Assembly: GCA_020853095.1 (NCBI GenBank)
Contig: JADYZN010000043.1
Location: forward strand, 34,662-98,661
Length of the DNA stretch: 64,000 nt
Reading direction: 5' to 3'
From: Phycisphaerales bacterium
GTDB lineage: Bacteria; Planctomycetota; Phycisphaerae; Tepidisphaerales; Tepidisphaeraceae
The position numbers were made by a program, and so were the translations under genes. The notes under the pieces were generated by a model. It was not told the DNA's origin. It saw only the letters and a program-made list of their open reading frames with translations, and did not search any database. Below are positions 28,036-36,726 of this stretch, piece after piece. Within the stretch, counting starts at the first letter, position 1; each line of letters begins with the position of its first letter.

Positions 28036-29220
28036 ATGGGATTTGCATCCGGGTCGGTGTCGTTTCGTCGGTTTGCGGTGATGGGGGAATGCCCCAAGCT
28101 GGCGGATCAGGAACTGTTGGACAAACTGGCCGAATATCGGCTGCAACTGGGTGAATTCAGCGTGCCGGACGAGGTGGAATATGGCTGGTGCGGCGGCCGG
28201 CACATTCTGGATGGTCAATTCAGCTTTGAACACAACGTTTTTGCCGATTGCCTCTCATTCGCCTTGCGGATCGACACCAACAAAGTTCCGGGCGATTTGA
28301 AAAAGGCGTATGAGATGATGGAGGAGGAGGCCGTGGCGGCGGGCAATCCATCCGGCTTCATCAGCAAAAATCAAAAACGGGACGTCAAGGAGTCGGTTCG
28401 GAGCAAGATCGAGGAGGAATTGAAGACCGGCCGGTTTCGTCGCAGCAAGCTGGTGTCGGTGTTGTGGGACATTCCCAACCAGGTAATCTATTCGCCGGCC
28501 ACCGGATCATCGGCCGAGAAATTGATGGAACTGTTCGATCGGACGTTCGGTTTGACCCTGATGCCGCTGGGGGCGGGATCATTGGCGATGCGAATGCTGG
28601 AACCGGCCGGCCGCCGGCGGGATTATGAGGATTTGAAACCTTCCCGTTTTGCGATCGGGCCGGAAGGGGAGAGCCAGCACCCGGATTATCCATGGATCGC
28701 CAAAGGCCCCGAACCCAAGGATTTTCTGGGCAACGAGTTTCTGATGTGGTTGTGGCATGAATCCGATGCCCTCAACGGCAACGTCTCCACCGAGGCCGGC
28801 GAGGTGACGGTGATGTTCGAGCGGTCCATCGACCTGGAATGCGCCTACGGCCAGACCGGCAAGGATGCCCTGCGCGGCGCCGGTTCCAGCCAGTCTCTCG
28901 AAGCCCGCGACGCCGCCCGCACGGGCAAGGTGGTCCGCAAGGTGACCATGCTCCTTCACGCCGGCGGCCAGCAATATGACCTGTCACTCAATCCCGAAAC
29001 AATGGCCGTGGGATCGGGCAAATTGCCCGAAGTGGAGGAGGCCGAAACGCCCAGGGTGCTGTACGAGGAACGAATCGCCCTGTTGCGCGACCTGTGCCGT
29101 TATCTGGACGGCCTGTACGGCACGTTCATCAAATCCCGCGCCAGCTCCGCATGGGAGGGCCACCTCGGCGGGATCCGGCGATGGATCCAAAAACCCAACA
29201 AAGTAGTGGCGGCGGCGTGA
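28036..29220 (+). CDS. RdgC-like recombination-associated protein (tentative)
   Basis: 394 aa. N-terminal GSVSFRRFAV, then EYGWCGG and LSFALRIDTNKVPGDLKK parallel the E. coli RdgC pattern (NLMVYRL, MGWV, KILPSPVIK) recalled from memory. GAGGTG lies upstream of ATG 28036. Similarity judged by eye only. Confidence 0.5.
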   Translation: MGFASGSVSFRRFAVMGECPKLADQELLDKLAEYRLQLGEFSVPDEVEYGWCGGRHILDGQFSFEHNVFADCLSFALRIDTNKVPGDLKKAYEMMEEEAVAAGNPSGFISKNQKRDVKESVRSKIEEELKTGRFRRSKLVSVLWDIPNQVIYSPATGSSAEKLMELFDRTFGLTLMPLGAGSLAMRMLEPAGRRRDYEDLKPSRFAIGPEGESQHPDYPWIAKGPEPKDFLGNEFLMWLWHESDALNGNVSTEAGEVTVMFERSIDLECAYGQTGKDALRGAGSSQSLEARDAARTGKVVRKVTMLLHAGGQQYDLSLNPETMAVGSGKLPEVEEAETPRVLYEERIALLRDLCRYLDGLYGTFIKSRASSAWEGHLGGIRRWIQKPNKVVAAA

Positions 29221-29322
29221 GGCCCGGTTGGGGGAGGGCGGAATGGACCCGATCCTGGACGGACCACCGAAATCCATCAGCGAGAAAACCCATGTGTGAT
29301 GTGAGCCTTGCCCGGATAGGCT

Positions 29323-29700
29323 CTACGCCACGGAACGTTCCATGACGCGGACGGCGCCGGACCGGGCTGGTCCACGGCATGGTTTGGGCCTGACCACGAT
29401 ATCAATATCGACGGCAAGCAGTATTAATAGAGACATCAGTCGTTCAATGGTAAAGCCGGTGTGTTTGCCGTTGACGAGCTTGGACACATCGGGTTGGCTG
29501 ATGCCAAGGCGCTTGGCCGCTTTGACCTGGGTCAGGCCCAGTTCCTCGATGCGCCGACCGATTTGAAGCGTCATTTTGGCTTTGACCTTCAGTTCCGCCG
29601 CCTGATTCCTGGGAAAACCCAGGTCTTCAAATACGTTCCCACTGCCGTGAAGGACGGCGGTATTCCTGGTTATTTTTCGGGTTGGTCCTGTTTTCATCAC
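29323..29700 (-). CDS. XRE-family HTH antitoxin (HigA-like partner of a Gp49/RelE-type toxin)
   Basis: GSGNVFEDLGF leader, then HTH LTQVKAAKRLGISQPDVSKLVNGK. Start is GTG 29700 or ATG 29697, overlapping the toxin stop (TGA 29699-29697). Confidence 0.85.
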   Translation of the reverse strand: MMKTGPTRKITRNTAVLHGSGNVFEDLGFPRNQAAELKVKAKMTLQIGRRIEELGLTQVKAAKRLGISQPDVSKLVNGKHTGFTIERLMSLLILLAVDIDIVVRPKPCRGPARSGAVRVMERSVA

Positions 29701-30086
29701 GAGTTCTCCTTGAGCCAGCAGGCGTAATCATCCTCGGCGGTTTTGAGCCGTTGTTTAATCAGTTCCATTTCGTGTAGTGACGTTTTGATGCCTGATTTAC
29801 TCTTTTTCATAAAGGCATGGAGAACGTAAAGTATTCCGGCAAAGCGAACGGTGTATACCGCCCGATACGTGTTGCCACGATGATCTTCCACGATCTCCAA
29901 CACCCCCGCTCCCTTGAAACCTTTCAAGGGCTTTGCCGATGGGTGTTTCCCGCCGTTTTGCGCAAAGGACAGTGCATAACCCACGCCCCGCCGAACCTCA
30001 TCGGGAAAGCTGCGCAAATCCTCGCGACTGGATCCAACCCATCGGACCGGCTTTTCATGTCGAGCCAAAGCGTCCTTCCCGGCCAT
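29697..30086 (-). CDS. Type II toxin, RelE/ParE superfamily (phage Gp49-like / HigB-like)
   Basis: KPVRWVGSSREDLRSFPDEVRRGVGYAL...GVLEIVEDHRGNTYRAVYTVRFAGILYVLHAFMKKSKSGIKTSLHEMELIKQRL is the typical Gp49-like pattern. Toxin lies upstream of antitoxin, as in HigBA. Alternative start ATG 30119. Confidence 0.85.
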   Translation of the reverse strand: MAGKDALARHEKPVRWVGSSREDLRSFPDEVRRGVGYALSFAQNGGKHPSAKPLKGFKGAGVLEIVEDHRGNTYRAVYTVRFAGILYVLHAFMKKSKSGIKTSLHEMELIKQRLKTAEDDYACWLKENS

Positions 30087-30185
30087 AATGGTAAATATAC
30101 CATAATTTGCCGCCTTCATGCAATGGCATAAAAATGGATCATCCTGAATATTCGGCAGTGGCCGGACGGTTCGCGGATTTCGCCA

Positions 30186-30668
30186 TCATGATTTCGTTTC
30201 TTTACGTCCCGACAGTCGGGGATCGAAGCGATAGGAGCGGGGTTTGCCGATGCTCAGTCTGGCGAAGTCGCCGTGCAGCGGGTTGAGCAGGATGTTGTAT
30301 TCGTCGGGAACGATGACGCTGGGAACCCGCATCGCCACCGATTCCAGGGAGGCGGCCCAGGCATCACCGATGGCGCGAACCGTGGCGGGCGTGGGCCTGC
30401 GTTTCCAGTTGGACGGCAGAGTCTTGTGGTCCACGTTTTTGATCATCGTCTCGTCGAGCGCAACCGGGATCAGCCGAAAGTGCCTGAGGACATCGCTGTC
30501 TTCCAGGTGAACCAGTAATTCCAGCACGGCCAGGGCCTGTGAACCGGCGGTGTAGACCATCGCCGTGCCCGGGCTGTTCCATCGCCCGCCGAAGCGCCGC
30601 GCTCCCTCGCCATCGAAGGCGGTGTCGACGTGCCTGGCCATTACGATCCGCCAAACGGTCTGGCTCAA
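30186..30668 (-). CDS. RES-domain toxin (NAD+-degrading toxin of RES-Xre modules)
   Basis: VWRIVMARHVDTAFDGEGARRFGGRWNSPGTAMVYTAGSQALAVLELLVH...VPSVIVPDEYNILLNP carries the R, E and S signature positions. TTG start 30668 overlaps the antitoxin stop (TTGA). Confidence 0.9.
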   Translation of the reverse strand: MSQTVWRIVMARHVDTAFDGEGARRFGGRWNSPGTAMVYTAGSQALAVLELLVHLEDSDVLRHFRLIPVALDETMIKNVDHKTLPSNWKRRPTPATVRAIGDAWAASLESVAMRVPSVIVPDEYNILLNPLHGDFARLSIGKPRSYRFDPRLSGRKETKS

Positions 30669-31132
30669 GTGAACACCCCATGCTCAAGCCGACCGATGAG
30701 ATCCTCGACTTCCCTGGCTCCGATCTCGGTGCGGGAAAAATCGAGGGGCGAAGTGTCATCCAGCTCCTCGCAGGGCGTCGTCATCCAGCGCCGGGCCTGG
30801 TCGATGTTTCCTTCGAACAAACCCACCGCCTTCTCAAACACGCCGGATATCCGCAACAGTCGTTCCGATTCATCCGGCCGCAGTCGCCCTTTGGCCTTTC
30901 GGCGCATTTGGGTTCGTTGGGGCAGTTGAACCAGATCGGCGATCGTCCCAATCGCCAGCCCGCTGTGCTTGTGGAAGTGGGCCAGGGCGGTGTAAGGAAA
31001 ACCCTCGCTCACCTGCCGGACCATCTGAACGGCGTTGTCACTGGTCAACCCCAAACCCTGACCTCGCCAGGCGCGCATCTTGTTCCGCCGCGGATTCCGG
31101 GAACCAACCCGCATGGTTTGTGTATTGGCCAT
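30665..31132 (-). CDS. Xre/MbcA/ParS-like antitoxin with DUF2384 toxin-binding domain
   Basis: C-terminal RLLRISGVFEKAVGLFEGNIDQARRWMTTPCEELDDTSPLDFSRTEIGAREVEDLIGRLEHGVF is typical of DUF2384. Start is ATG 31132 or ATG 31168. Confidence 0.85.
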   Translation of the reverse strand: MANTQTMRVGSRNPRRNKMRAWRGQGLGLTSDNAVQMVRQVSEGFPYTALAHFHKHSGLAIGTIADLVQLPQRTQMRRKAKGRLRPDESERLLRISGVFEKAVGLFEGNIDQARRWMTTPCEELDDTSPLDFSRTEIGAREVEDLIGRLEHGVFT

Positions 31133-31153
31133 ATCCGCAGGATATGATAATTT

Positions 31154-31187
31154 TGCCAAATTGTCCATTGTAAAATGCCAAATGGCA
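31154..31187. promoter_or_regulatory. Candidate operator repeats upstream of the Xre-RES operon
   Basis: Direct repeat TGCCAAAT at 31154-31161 and 31176-31183 (22-nt period). The second copy is part of the inverted repeat TGCCA-aa-TGGCA (31176-31187). Confidence 0.3.
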
Positions 31188-31268
31188 TATATTTGTCGAA
31201 CCCTCGCCGGCGGGACTCTTGACTCGCGTGTGTCATTCGATGAGATGTGTTTGTGAATTGGAGGTTTG

Positions 31269-32963
31269 ATGGGACATCGGATTCTTTTTGTCGTGTTGTT
31301 GGCGATGGCGCTGGCCGGTTGTCAGGGGGGCGGGTCGGGGCCGTCCACATCGGCGTTCAAGGAAGTGTGGATCGGCGACGTCGGGGAATACGGCGAGTCG
31401 TACGAGCTGGTGAAGGACATCACGATCAATGGGCAGTTGGTGAAGAAGGGGACGCTGCTTCGCGGGAAGCTGATGTCGGGCACCAAATTCGCCGAGGGCA
31501 AATGGCTGATCTCGCCGGAATACACGGAACTGGTCGGGCGTGACCAGTTGATTTACGGCCTGCGCGTGGGTGACAAAACCTTTGTTCGCATCGACATCAG
31601 CACCGGCCGGATGAAGACCGAGCCGACGGCGTTCACCAGTGTTCACCTGTTGCAGTTCACGCCGGAGATGGGATACAGCGAGTGGGATCGCTGGGTGGGG
31701 ATGACCGAGGGCAGCCAGAACGTCACGTTGCTGGACAACAAGACCGGCCGGCCGGTCACGGTGTTTGAGGGTGTCGCCAAGGTCAAGCCACAGCTTGCCA
31801 TCGAGTTGTTGCGTACGGAGGGGTCGCTGCTGGTGCATCACGCGAGTTATGACCGGGTTTACACCGCCGATGGCACGCCGACCAGCCCGGCCTTGTTTCC
31901 GTTATGGATCGGGCACATCTTCAAGTATTCGCCCGGCATGGCGCCGGAGGTGAAATACCGGATATTCGCCTTTGTCATCGACGGCAAGAAAAAGCGATAT
32001 TGGCCGTTGCGGGCCAACGGTCGGGTCTTTCCACGGCCCGATGACCTGCTGGGATTGGAACCCCTGTACGAACTGGACCCCGCAGACAAGAGATTCAAAA
32101 AATGGAGTGGCTGGCTGGTCTGGTGGAAGACGCCACAGGGCGAGCGCTGCGCCCACATTCCGCAGGAGGCCCCGCTGACCAGCTACCAGGCGATCATGGC
32201 CACCCGTCCGCAGGCCAAGTGGTTGGAATATCTCACCACCTATGACAGCTCCCGCGCCCTGTTCACCGACATCCGCAAAGAGGCGGGGTCAAATGCGTAT
32301 GAGGTCAACCGGGATCGATTCCCGATGACCGACCGCACCTTCGCGACCGTGGAAGAGGCCCGCGTCTTCATCCGGTCCGCGCTGGCTGAGGAACGAAAAC
32401 AGCGCGACATCCAATCCGCCAAGGCACAGGCGGCGTGGGAGGCGGCACGGTTGAAGGCCCAGCAGGAAAAAGCCGAACGAGAGGCCGCCGAGTTGGCCGC
32501 CGAACGGCAGACCGCCGAGGCCTTCTTTGATGACGCCATGCGCCGCCGCGACCAGCCGGCCGCCCGCGCGAATCTTCTGAAGCTCGACTACGACCCACAA
32601 CGCTGGACGCAATATGTCCAAACCTATGGCCTCGATCCGGCCGATCAGAACGGCTACGGCTCGATCGGTTACGCCCGTGCCACGCAGGGTGGAACCGATC
32701 CGGAAGTATTGAGAAAAGCCGTGAAGGCCGCCAAAGTGCAACAACCCGCGGCGCCGGATCCCGGAAGGATTCCCCTGCCCCAATCGGACTGGGATTATTT
32801 CTGGAACGGCCCGCGGGATGGAAACTATTCCGGGCCGGTGTCAAACATGGGGCACGATCCGAATCTTTCGATCGGCGGCGTTCGCGAATCACAACATCAG
32901 CTCGACCAGCGGAACATGGATGCCTGGATGCGCGGCGCCCAAAGCTGGGGCGGCCCGCGTTGA
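31269..32963 (+). CDS. Hypothetical lipoprotein with central coiled-coil, no recognisable domain
   Basis: GGAGG at 31260-31264 then ATG 31269. Lipobox in MGHRILFVVLLAMALAGCQGG. Ala/Glu/Lys/Gln-rich helix EERKQRDIQSAKAQAAWEAARLKAQQEKAEREAAELAAERQTAEAFF. Nothing else recognised. Confidence 0.7.
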   Translation: MGHRILFVVLLAMALAGCQGGGSGPSTSAFKEVWIGDVGEYGESYELVKDITINGQLVKKGTLLRGKLMSGTKFAEGKWLISPEYTELVGRDQLIYGLRVGDKTFVRIDISTGRMKTEPTAFTSVHLLQFTPEMGYSEWDRWVGMTEGSQNVTLLDNKTGRPVTVFEGVAKVKPQLAIELLRTEGSLLVHHASYDRVYTADGTPTSPALFPLWIGHIFKYSPGMAPEVKYRIFAFVIDGKKKRYWPLRANGRVFPRPDDLLGLEPLYELDPADKRFKKWSGWLVWWKTPQGERCAHIPQEAPLTSYQAIMATRPQAKWLEYLTTYDSSRALFTDIRKEAGSNAYEVNRDRFPMTDRTFATVEEARVFIRSALAEERKQRDIQSAKAQAAWEAARLKAQQEKAEREAAELAAERQTAEAFFDDAMRRRDQPAARANLLKLDYDPQRWTQYVQTYGLDPADQNGYGSIGYARATQGGTDPEVLRKAVKAAKVQQPAAPDPGRIPLPQSDWDYFWNGPRDGNYSGPVSNMGHDPNLSIGGVRESQHQLDQRNMDAWMRGAQSWGGPR

Positions 32964-33054
32964 GCGGGGAATTCATTTGCCCTGATGCGGAGTGTTGAGG
33001 TAAAGTGCCGGCGTTAGGTTCACGTTAAGTGTCCCCCGGGGGCAGGAGCGCGGC

Positions 33055-34434
33055 ATGGTTTGGGTGGTTGGTTTGATCGCATTGGGGGTGGGGGCGTTGA
33101 TCGGATACCTGCTGGGTGAACGGCGGGGGCGTTTCGGCGGCGATGATCTGCACACCTCTCTGGCCGTCGCCGAGCAGCGGGTCGGGGATTTGTCGGCACA
33201 AATGCAGGCCGAGCAGGGTCAGGCCCAATCTTTGCGCAATCAACTGGTGGATTCGGAAAAACAGTCGGCCGCCCTGTCGGCCCAGTTGCAATCGGCTCAG
33301 CAGAACATCGCCGAACAAAAACGATTGCTGGATGATGCGCAAGTCAAGCTGCGGGAAGCGTTTGCGCACGTTTCGGCCGAGGCCCTGGCGAAAAACAACG
33401 AGGCGTTTCTGGCCCTTGCGCGTGAGCGGTTTTCGGCCCAGTCAAAGGAGGCGGCCGGTTCGTTGGATGAGCGCAAAGCCCAGATCGAGGGGATGCTCAA
33501 GCCGATGCGCGAATTGATGACCCAGTATCAGTTGCGGCTGACGGAGGTGGAGCGCTCGCGGGTGGAGTCGTACAGCATGTTGCGCGAGCAGTTGGGGATG
33601 TTGGCCGAGGCGTCCAGAACGCTGGACTCCAGGACCGGCCAACTGGTGACCGCCCTGAGCCGGCCGAGCACGCGAGGGCAATGGGGGGAAGTGACGTTGC
33701 GGCGGCTGATGGAACTGGCCGGGATGAGCAATCGTTGTGATTTTTATGAGCAGGAATCGGTGCGGACCGAGGATGGCCGACAACGGCCGGACGTGGTGGT
33801 GCGGCTGCCGGGCGAACGGGAGGTGGTGATCGACTGCAAGGCCGTTCTGGATGCGTTTCTGGACGCGGCGGCTGCAACCGATGAGGATCAACGCAAGGCG
33901 TGCCTGCAACGTCACAGCCAGCAGGTTCGCACGCGGATCAGAGACCTATCCGCCAAGGCCTATTGGAACCAGTTCAAGCGAACGCCGGAATACGTGGTGA
34001 TGTTTTTGCCGGGCGAGGCGTTTTTATACGCGGCCGTGGAGTCGGACCCGACGTTGATCGAGGAGGGTTTCAAGAACCGCGTGGTGGTGGCGACGCCGAC
34101 GACGTTGATCGCGCTGTTGAAGACCATCGAATTTGGCTGGCGGCAGGAGATGCTGGCGGACAACGCCGAGAAGATTCGGGCGTTGGGAGTGGAGTTGTAC
34201 GAGCGGGTGGGGACGCTGGCCGGCCACGTTGAAAACATGGGTTCCAGCCTGACGACGGCCGTGTCGCATTACAACAAGATGCTCGGTTCGCTGGAATCTC
34301 GCGTGCTGGTGTCGGCCAGAAAAATGGGCGAGCTGGGCGCGCGGACGGACAAGGCGATCGGCGAATTGCCGCCGGTGGACGTGCAGCCCAGGGAACTGCC
34401 CGCGGCGCTGGAAGGACAAGGTGGAACAAGCTAG
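33055..34434 (+). CDS. rmuC: DNA recombination protein RmuC
   Basis: N-terminal TM + coiled coil, then GQWGEVTLRRLMELAGM, RPDVVVRLPGEREVVIDCK and YVVMFLPGEAFLYAA (restriction-endonuclease-like core of RmuC). AGGAG lies 6 nt upstream of ATG. Confidence 0.9.
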   Translation: MVWVVGLIALGVGALIGYLLGERRGRFGGDDLHTSLAVAEQRVGDLSAQMQAEQGQAQSLRNQLVDSEKQSAALSAQLQSAQQNIAEQKRLLDDAQVKLREAFAHVSAEALAKNNEAFLALARERFSAQSKEAAGSLDERKAQIEGMLKPMRELMTQYQLRLTEVERSRVESYSMLREQLGMLAEASRTLDSRTGQLVTALSRPSTRGQWGEVTLRRLMELAGMSNRCDFYEQESVRTEDGRQRPDVVVRLPGEREVVIDCKAVLDAFLDAAAATDEDQRKACLQRHSQQVRTRIRDLSAKAYWNQFKRTPEYVVMFLPGEAFLYAAVESDPTLIEEGFKNRVVVATPTTLIALLKTIEFGWRQEMLADNAEKIRALGVELYERVGTLAGHVENMGSSLTTAVSHYNKMLGSLESRVLVSARKMGELGARTDKAIGELPPVDVQPRELPAALEGQGGTS

Positions 34435-35204
34435 ATGACATCATCCATCTGCCGTGCGATCCGTTGCACGGCATCGAGATAGTGGGGGGTGATGTCGCCG
34501 GTGGGGTTTTTCAATTCCAGGACAAAACGCTTGTTGACGGTGTGCCAGTGGTCGGCCGGCCAGGTGGCCAGGTGTGATCCCCATTGGGCGGAGCGGACGG
34601 AGACCAGGCCATCGTTGTCCCCTTCGGCCTGCTGGATCAGGTGGTGGGAATACCAGGCGAAGGGGGGAACGTGATGCCAGGGGCGGGCGGCGGAGATGGA
34701 GAAGTATCGCACCGCAGGGTTGTTGGGGATTTGCTCATTGAACCGATGGCAGGCCCGCGGTGTGAGTTGGTGGATGCCACGAACGTCGATTCCCAGTTGT
34801 TGGAACAGTCGCAACGCCCTCAACCGCTGGCCAATGTGGCGGAGGCACCAGTCGGCGTACGGAGAGCCGTGGTGGGGGGTGCTGATGGTCAGCAGGGCGG
34901 CGATGTGGCCGGCCATGCCCAGGCGATGGATCATGTAGCGGGCGTCCAGTCCCCCCATGGAATGGGCGATCAGGAGCATTTTTCGGCCGGCGAGAGATTG
35001 GCGATTGATTTCGCGGAGGATGTTTTTTTTCAGCTCGCTGGCCCGACGTTCGATGGGGGCGGTGGGGTGGACGCGGGAGAGGATCAGCGGGTGGCCCGCG
35101 GCGGCCAGTGCGCGGTCGATGCGGTGGAAATACGAAATTTTCAACCGGCCCAGGGATAGCTGGTCGTAACCAAACAGGCCGTGATGCAGGATGATCGGAA
35201 TCAC
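34431..35204 (-). CDS. Alpha/beta hydrolase, triacylglycerol-lipase-like
   Basis: IILHHGLFGY and nucleophile elbow LIAHSMGGLD (GxSxG). GTG start overlaps the stop of the upstream gene (GTGA). The 3' end overlaps the rmuC stop by 4 nt, tail to tail. Confidence 0.8.
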   Translation of the reverse strand: MIPIILHHGLFGYDQLSLGRLKISYFHRIDRALAAAGHPLILSRVHPTAPIERRASELKKNILREINRQSLAGRKMLLIAHSMGGLDARYMIHRLGMAGHIAALLTISTPHHGSPYADWCLRHIGQRLRALRLFQQLGIDVRGIHQLTPRACHRFNEQIPNNPAVRYFSISAARPWHHVPPFAWYSHHLIQQAEGDNDGLVSVRSAQWGSHLATWPADHWHTVNKRFVLELKNPTGDITPHYLDAVQRIARQMDDVI

Positions 35205-35539
35205 GTTTCAAATATCAAAGGGCCGGGAGAGGTTCGGGGAAAGGATAAACGAAGTTTGTCATTCAATTGAACGGTAAGTTGTCGGGGCGAGTCGAGCTGG
35301 ATGATGCACACTCCCGCGGCGATGCGGCGGACGTGGCCACGGTTGTCGCTGATGGGGCCTTCATAGTCCAGATAGGCCCGTCGATGATCGGGCAGCGGGG
35401 TGACGACATCTCCATCGGCCGGCGGCCATCGATCCAGCCGCCAGGTGGACAGTGCCGAGCCTTCGGCGGTTTCAATCATCAGATCATAATGGGGGGATTC
35501 GATTCCCTGATGATGAAGAATGACAAAACGAAGCGGCAT
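35201..35539 (-). CDS. Stand-alone LigD-N-like (DNA ligase D 3'-phosphoesterase-type) domain protein, 112 aa
   Basis: ORF track 148 aa, trimmed to ATG 35539. RFVILHHQGIESPHYDLMIE and DHRRAYLDYEGPIS match the FVIQKH..HYDLRLE / YL.YEG pattern of the LigD N-terminal domain family. Confidence 0.7.
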   Translation of the reverse strand: MPLRFVILHHQGIESPHYDLMIETAEGSALSTWRLDRWPPADGDVVTPLPDHRRAYLDYEGPISDNRGHVRRIAAGVCIIQLDSPRQLTVQLNDKLRLSFPRTSPGPLIFET

Positions 35540-35555
35540 GGCAGCGCCTTGGGGT

Positions 35556-36629
35556 TTATGCCAGTAACACCGGCGGAGGCACATATCCGCTGCGAACCTT
35601 TCCCGATGGATCGGTGCTGCTTTTGAGATCGCACGGGTGGGCCTCATCTCCCAATCCCCAGTCGTTGGCGTAATCGGTCGCCAACTGGTTCAGTTCCTGT
35701 TGCGAGAGGTTGGGTTTGTCGACCGATTGGGCCGCTTCGCGGATCTCGGTTTCGTTCAAGAGGGTTCCTGTGATGCTGGTCAGACCTTTTTGCTGCAACA
35801 ACCATTTGCACGCCAGTTGGTGGACGTTCATGCCGTGATCGGCGGCGTAATGACGGATCAGCTCAAGCTTTTGCACGCCGTAGATTTTCCATGCCTGATC
35901 GCGGAATTTGCGGTGGTCCTGTTCGCTGATGTGGGTGTCAGCGCGGACTTTGTCTTTCAAGATCGAGCTGTTGTCATGCACGCGGGCCAGCACGCCGGCG
36001 TGCTGGGCGACGGCCGTTTCGCAGAATTCGCGGCCGGGGTTTTGCTCAAAAAGGTTGTAAACCGTCTGCACGGCCTTGGCGTTGTGGTCGGTCATCGCCT
36101 TGATCCCTTCTTCGCGCCACCCGATGGCGGGGCCTAGACTGACGCCCCAGACCTTGATCTTTCCCTGTTCCCTGAGTTTTTCCAACGCCTCAAACAGATC
36201 ATCGCGATATTGCGGCAGCTTGATGTTGTGGGCCATGTACAAATCAAGGTGATCGGTGCCCAGCCGTTCCAGCGAACGCTCCAAAGCCAGTTGCATGAAC
36301 CGGGGCGAAAAATCCTGCTTGCGTTCACGGTGCGAGCCAGCTTCACCGGGATCGTCATACCAGTCATAGCCGAACTTGGAACCGATCTGGATTCGGTCGC
36401 GGGGGATGGCCGATTCCTTGAGAAACCGGCCGAACACGCTCTCGGCCCGGCCGTTGCCGTACGCATCGCCGTTGTCGAAAAACGTGATCCCCTGGTCGTA
36501 GGCGTATTGCATCAGCTCGATGCCGCGCTGGTCGGTGTAATTGCCCCACCAGTCCACGCCCACAAACCAGCATCCCAGTGAGATGACGGAGACTTCAAGA
36601 TCGCTGTTGCCGAATCGACGCTGGAGCAT
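35556..36629 (-). CDS. Aldo/keto reductase family oxidoreductase
   Basis: 357 aa. VSVISLGCW, FFDNGDAYGNGRAESVFG, DLYMAHN and KIKVWGVS are classic AKR motifs. Confidence 0.9.
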   Translation of the reverse strand: MLQRRFGNSDLEVSVISLGCWFVGVDWWGNYTDQRGIELMQYAYDQGITFFDNGDAYGNGRAESVFGRFLKESAIPRDRIQIGSKFGYDWYDDPGEAGSHRERKQDFSPRFMQLALERSLERLGTDHLDLYMAHNIKLPQYRDDLFEALEKLREQGKIKVWGVSLGPAIGWREEGIKAMTDHNAKAVQTVYNLFEQNPGREFCETAVAQHAGVLARVHDNSSILKDKVRADTHISEQDHRKFRDQAWKIYGVQKLELIRHYAADHGMNVHQLACKWLLQQKGLTSITGTLLNETEIREAAQSVDKPNLSQQELNQLATDYANDWGLGDEAHPCDLKSSTDPSGKVRSGYVPPPVLLA

Positions 36630-36726
36630 ATTGATGAATCCTCAATCCCCAATGGTTCAATGATAGGACAAGCGTTGAATTTGTTCTATACTTCCCACCG
36701 AAAGATCGTCAAAAGGAGAACAGCGA

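Noticed and set aside
27922-28233. N-terminal 104-codon extension of the HtrA ORF
   Set aside because: The extension overlaps the divergent RdgC-like gene and lacks protease homology. The lipoprotein signal peptide begins at ATG 27921/27909.
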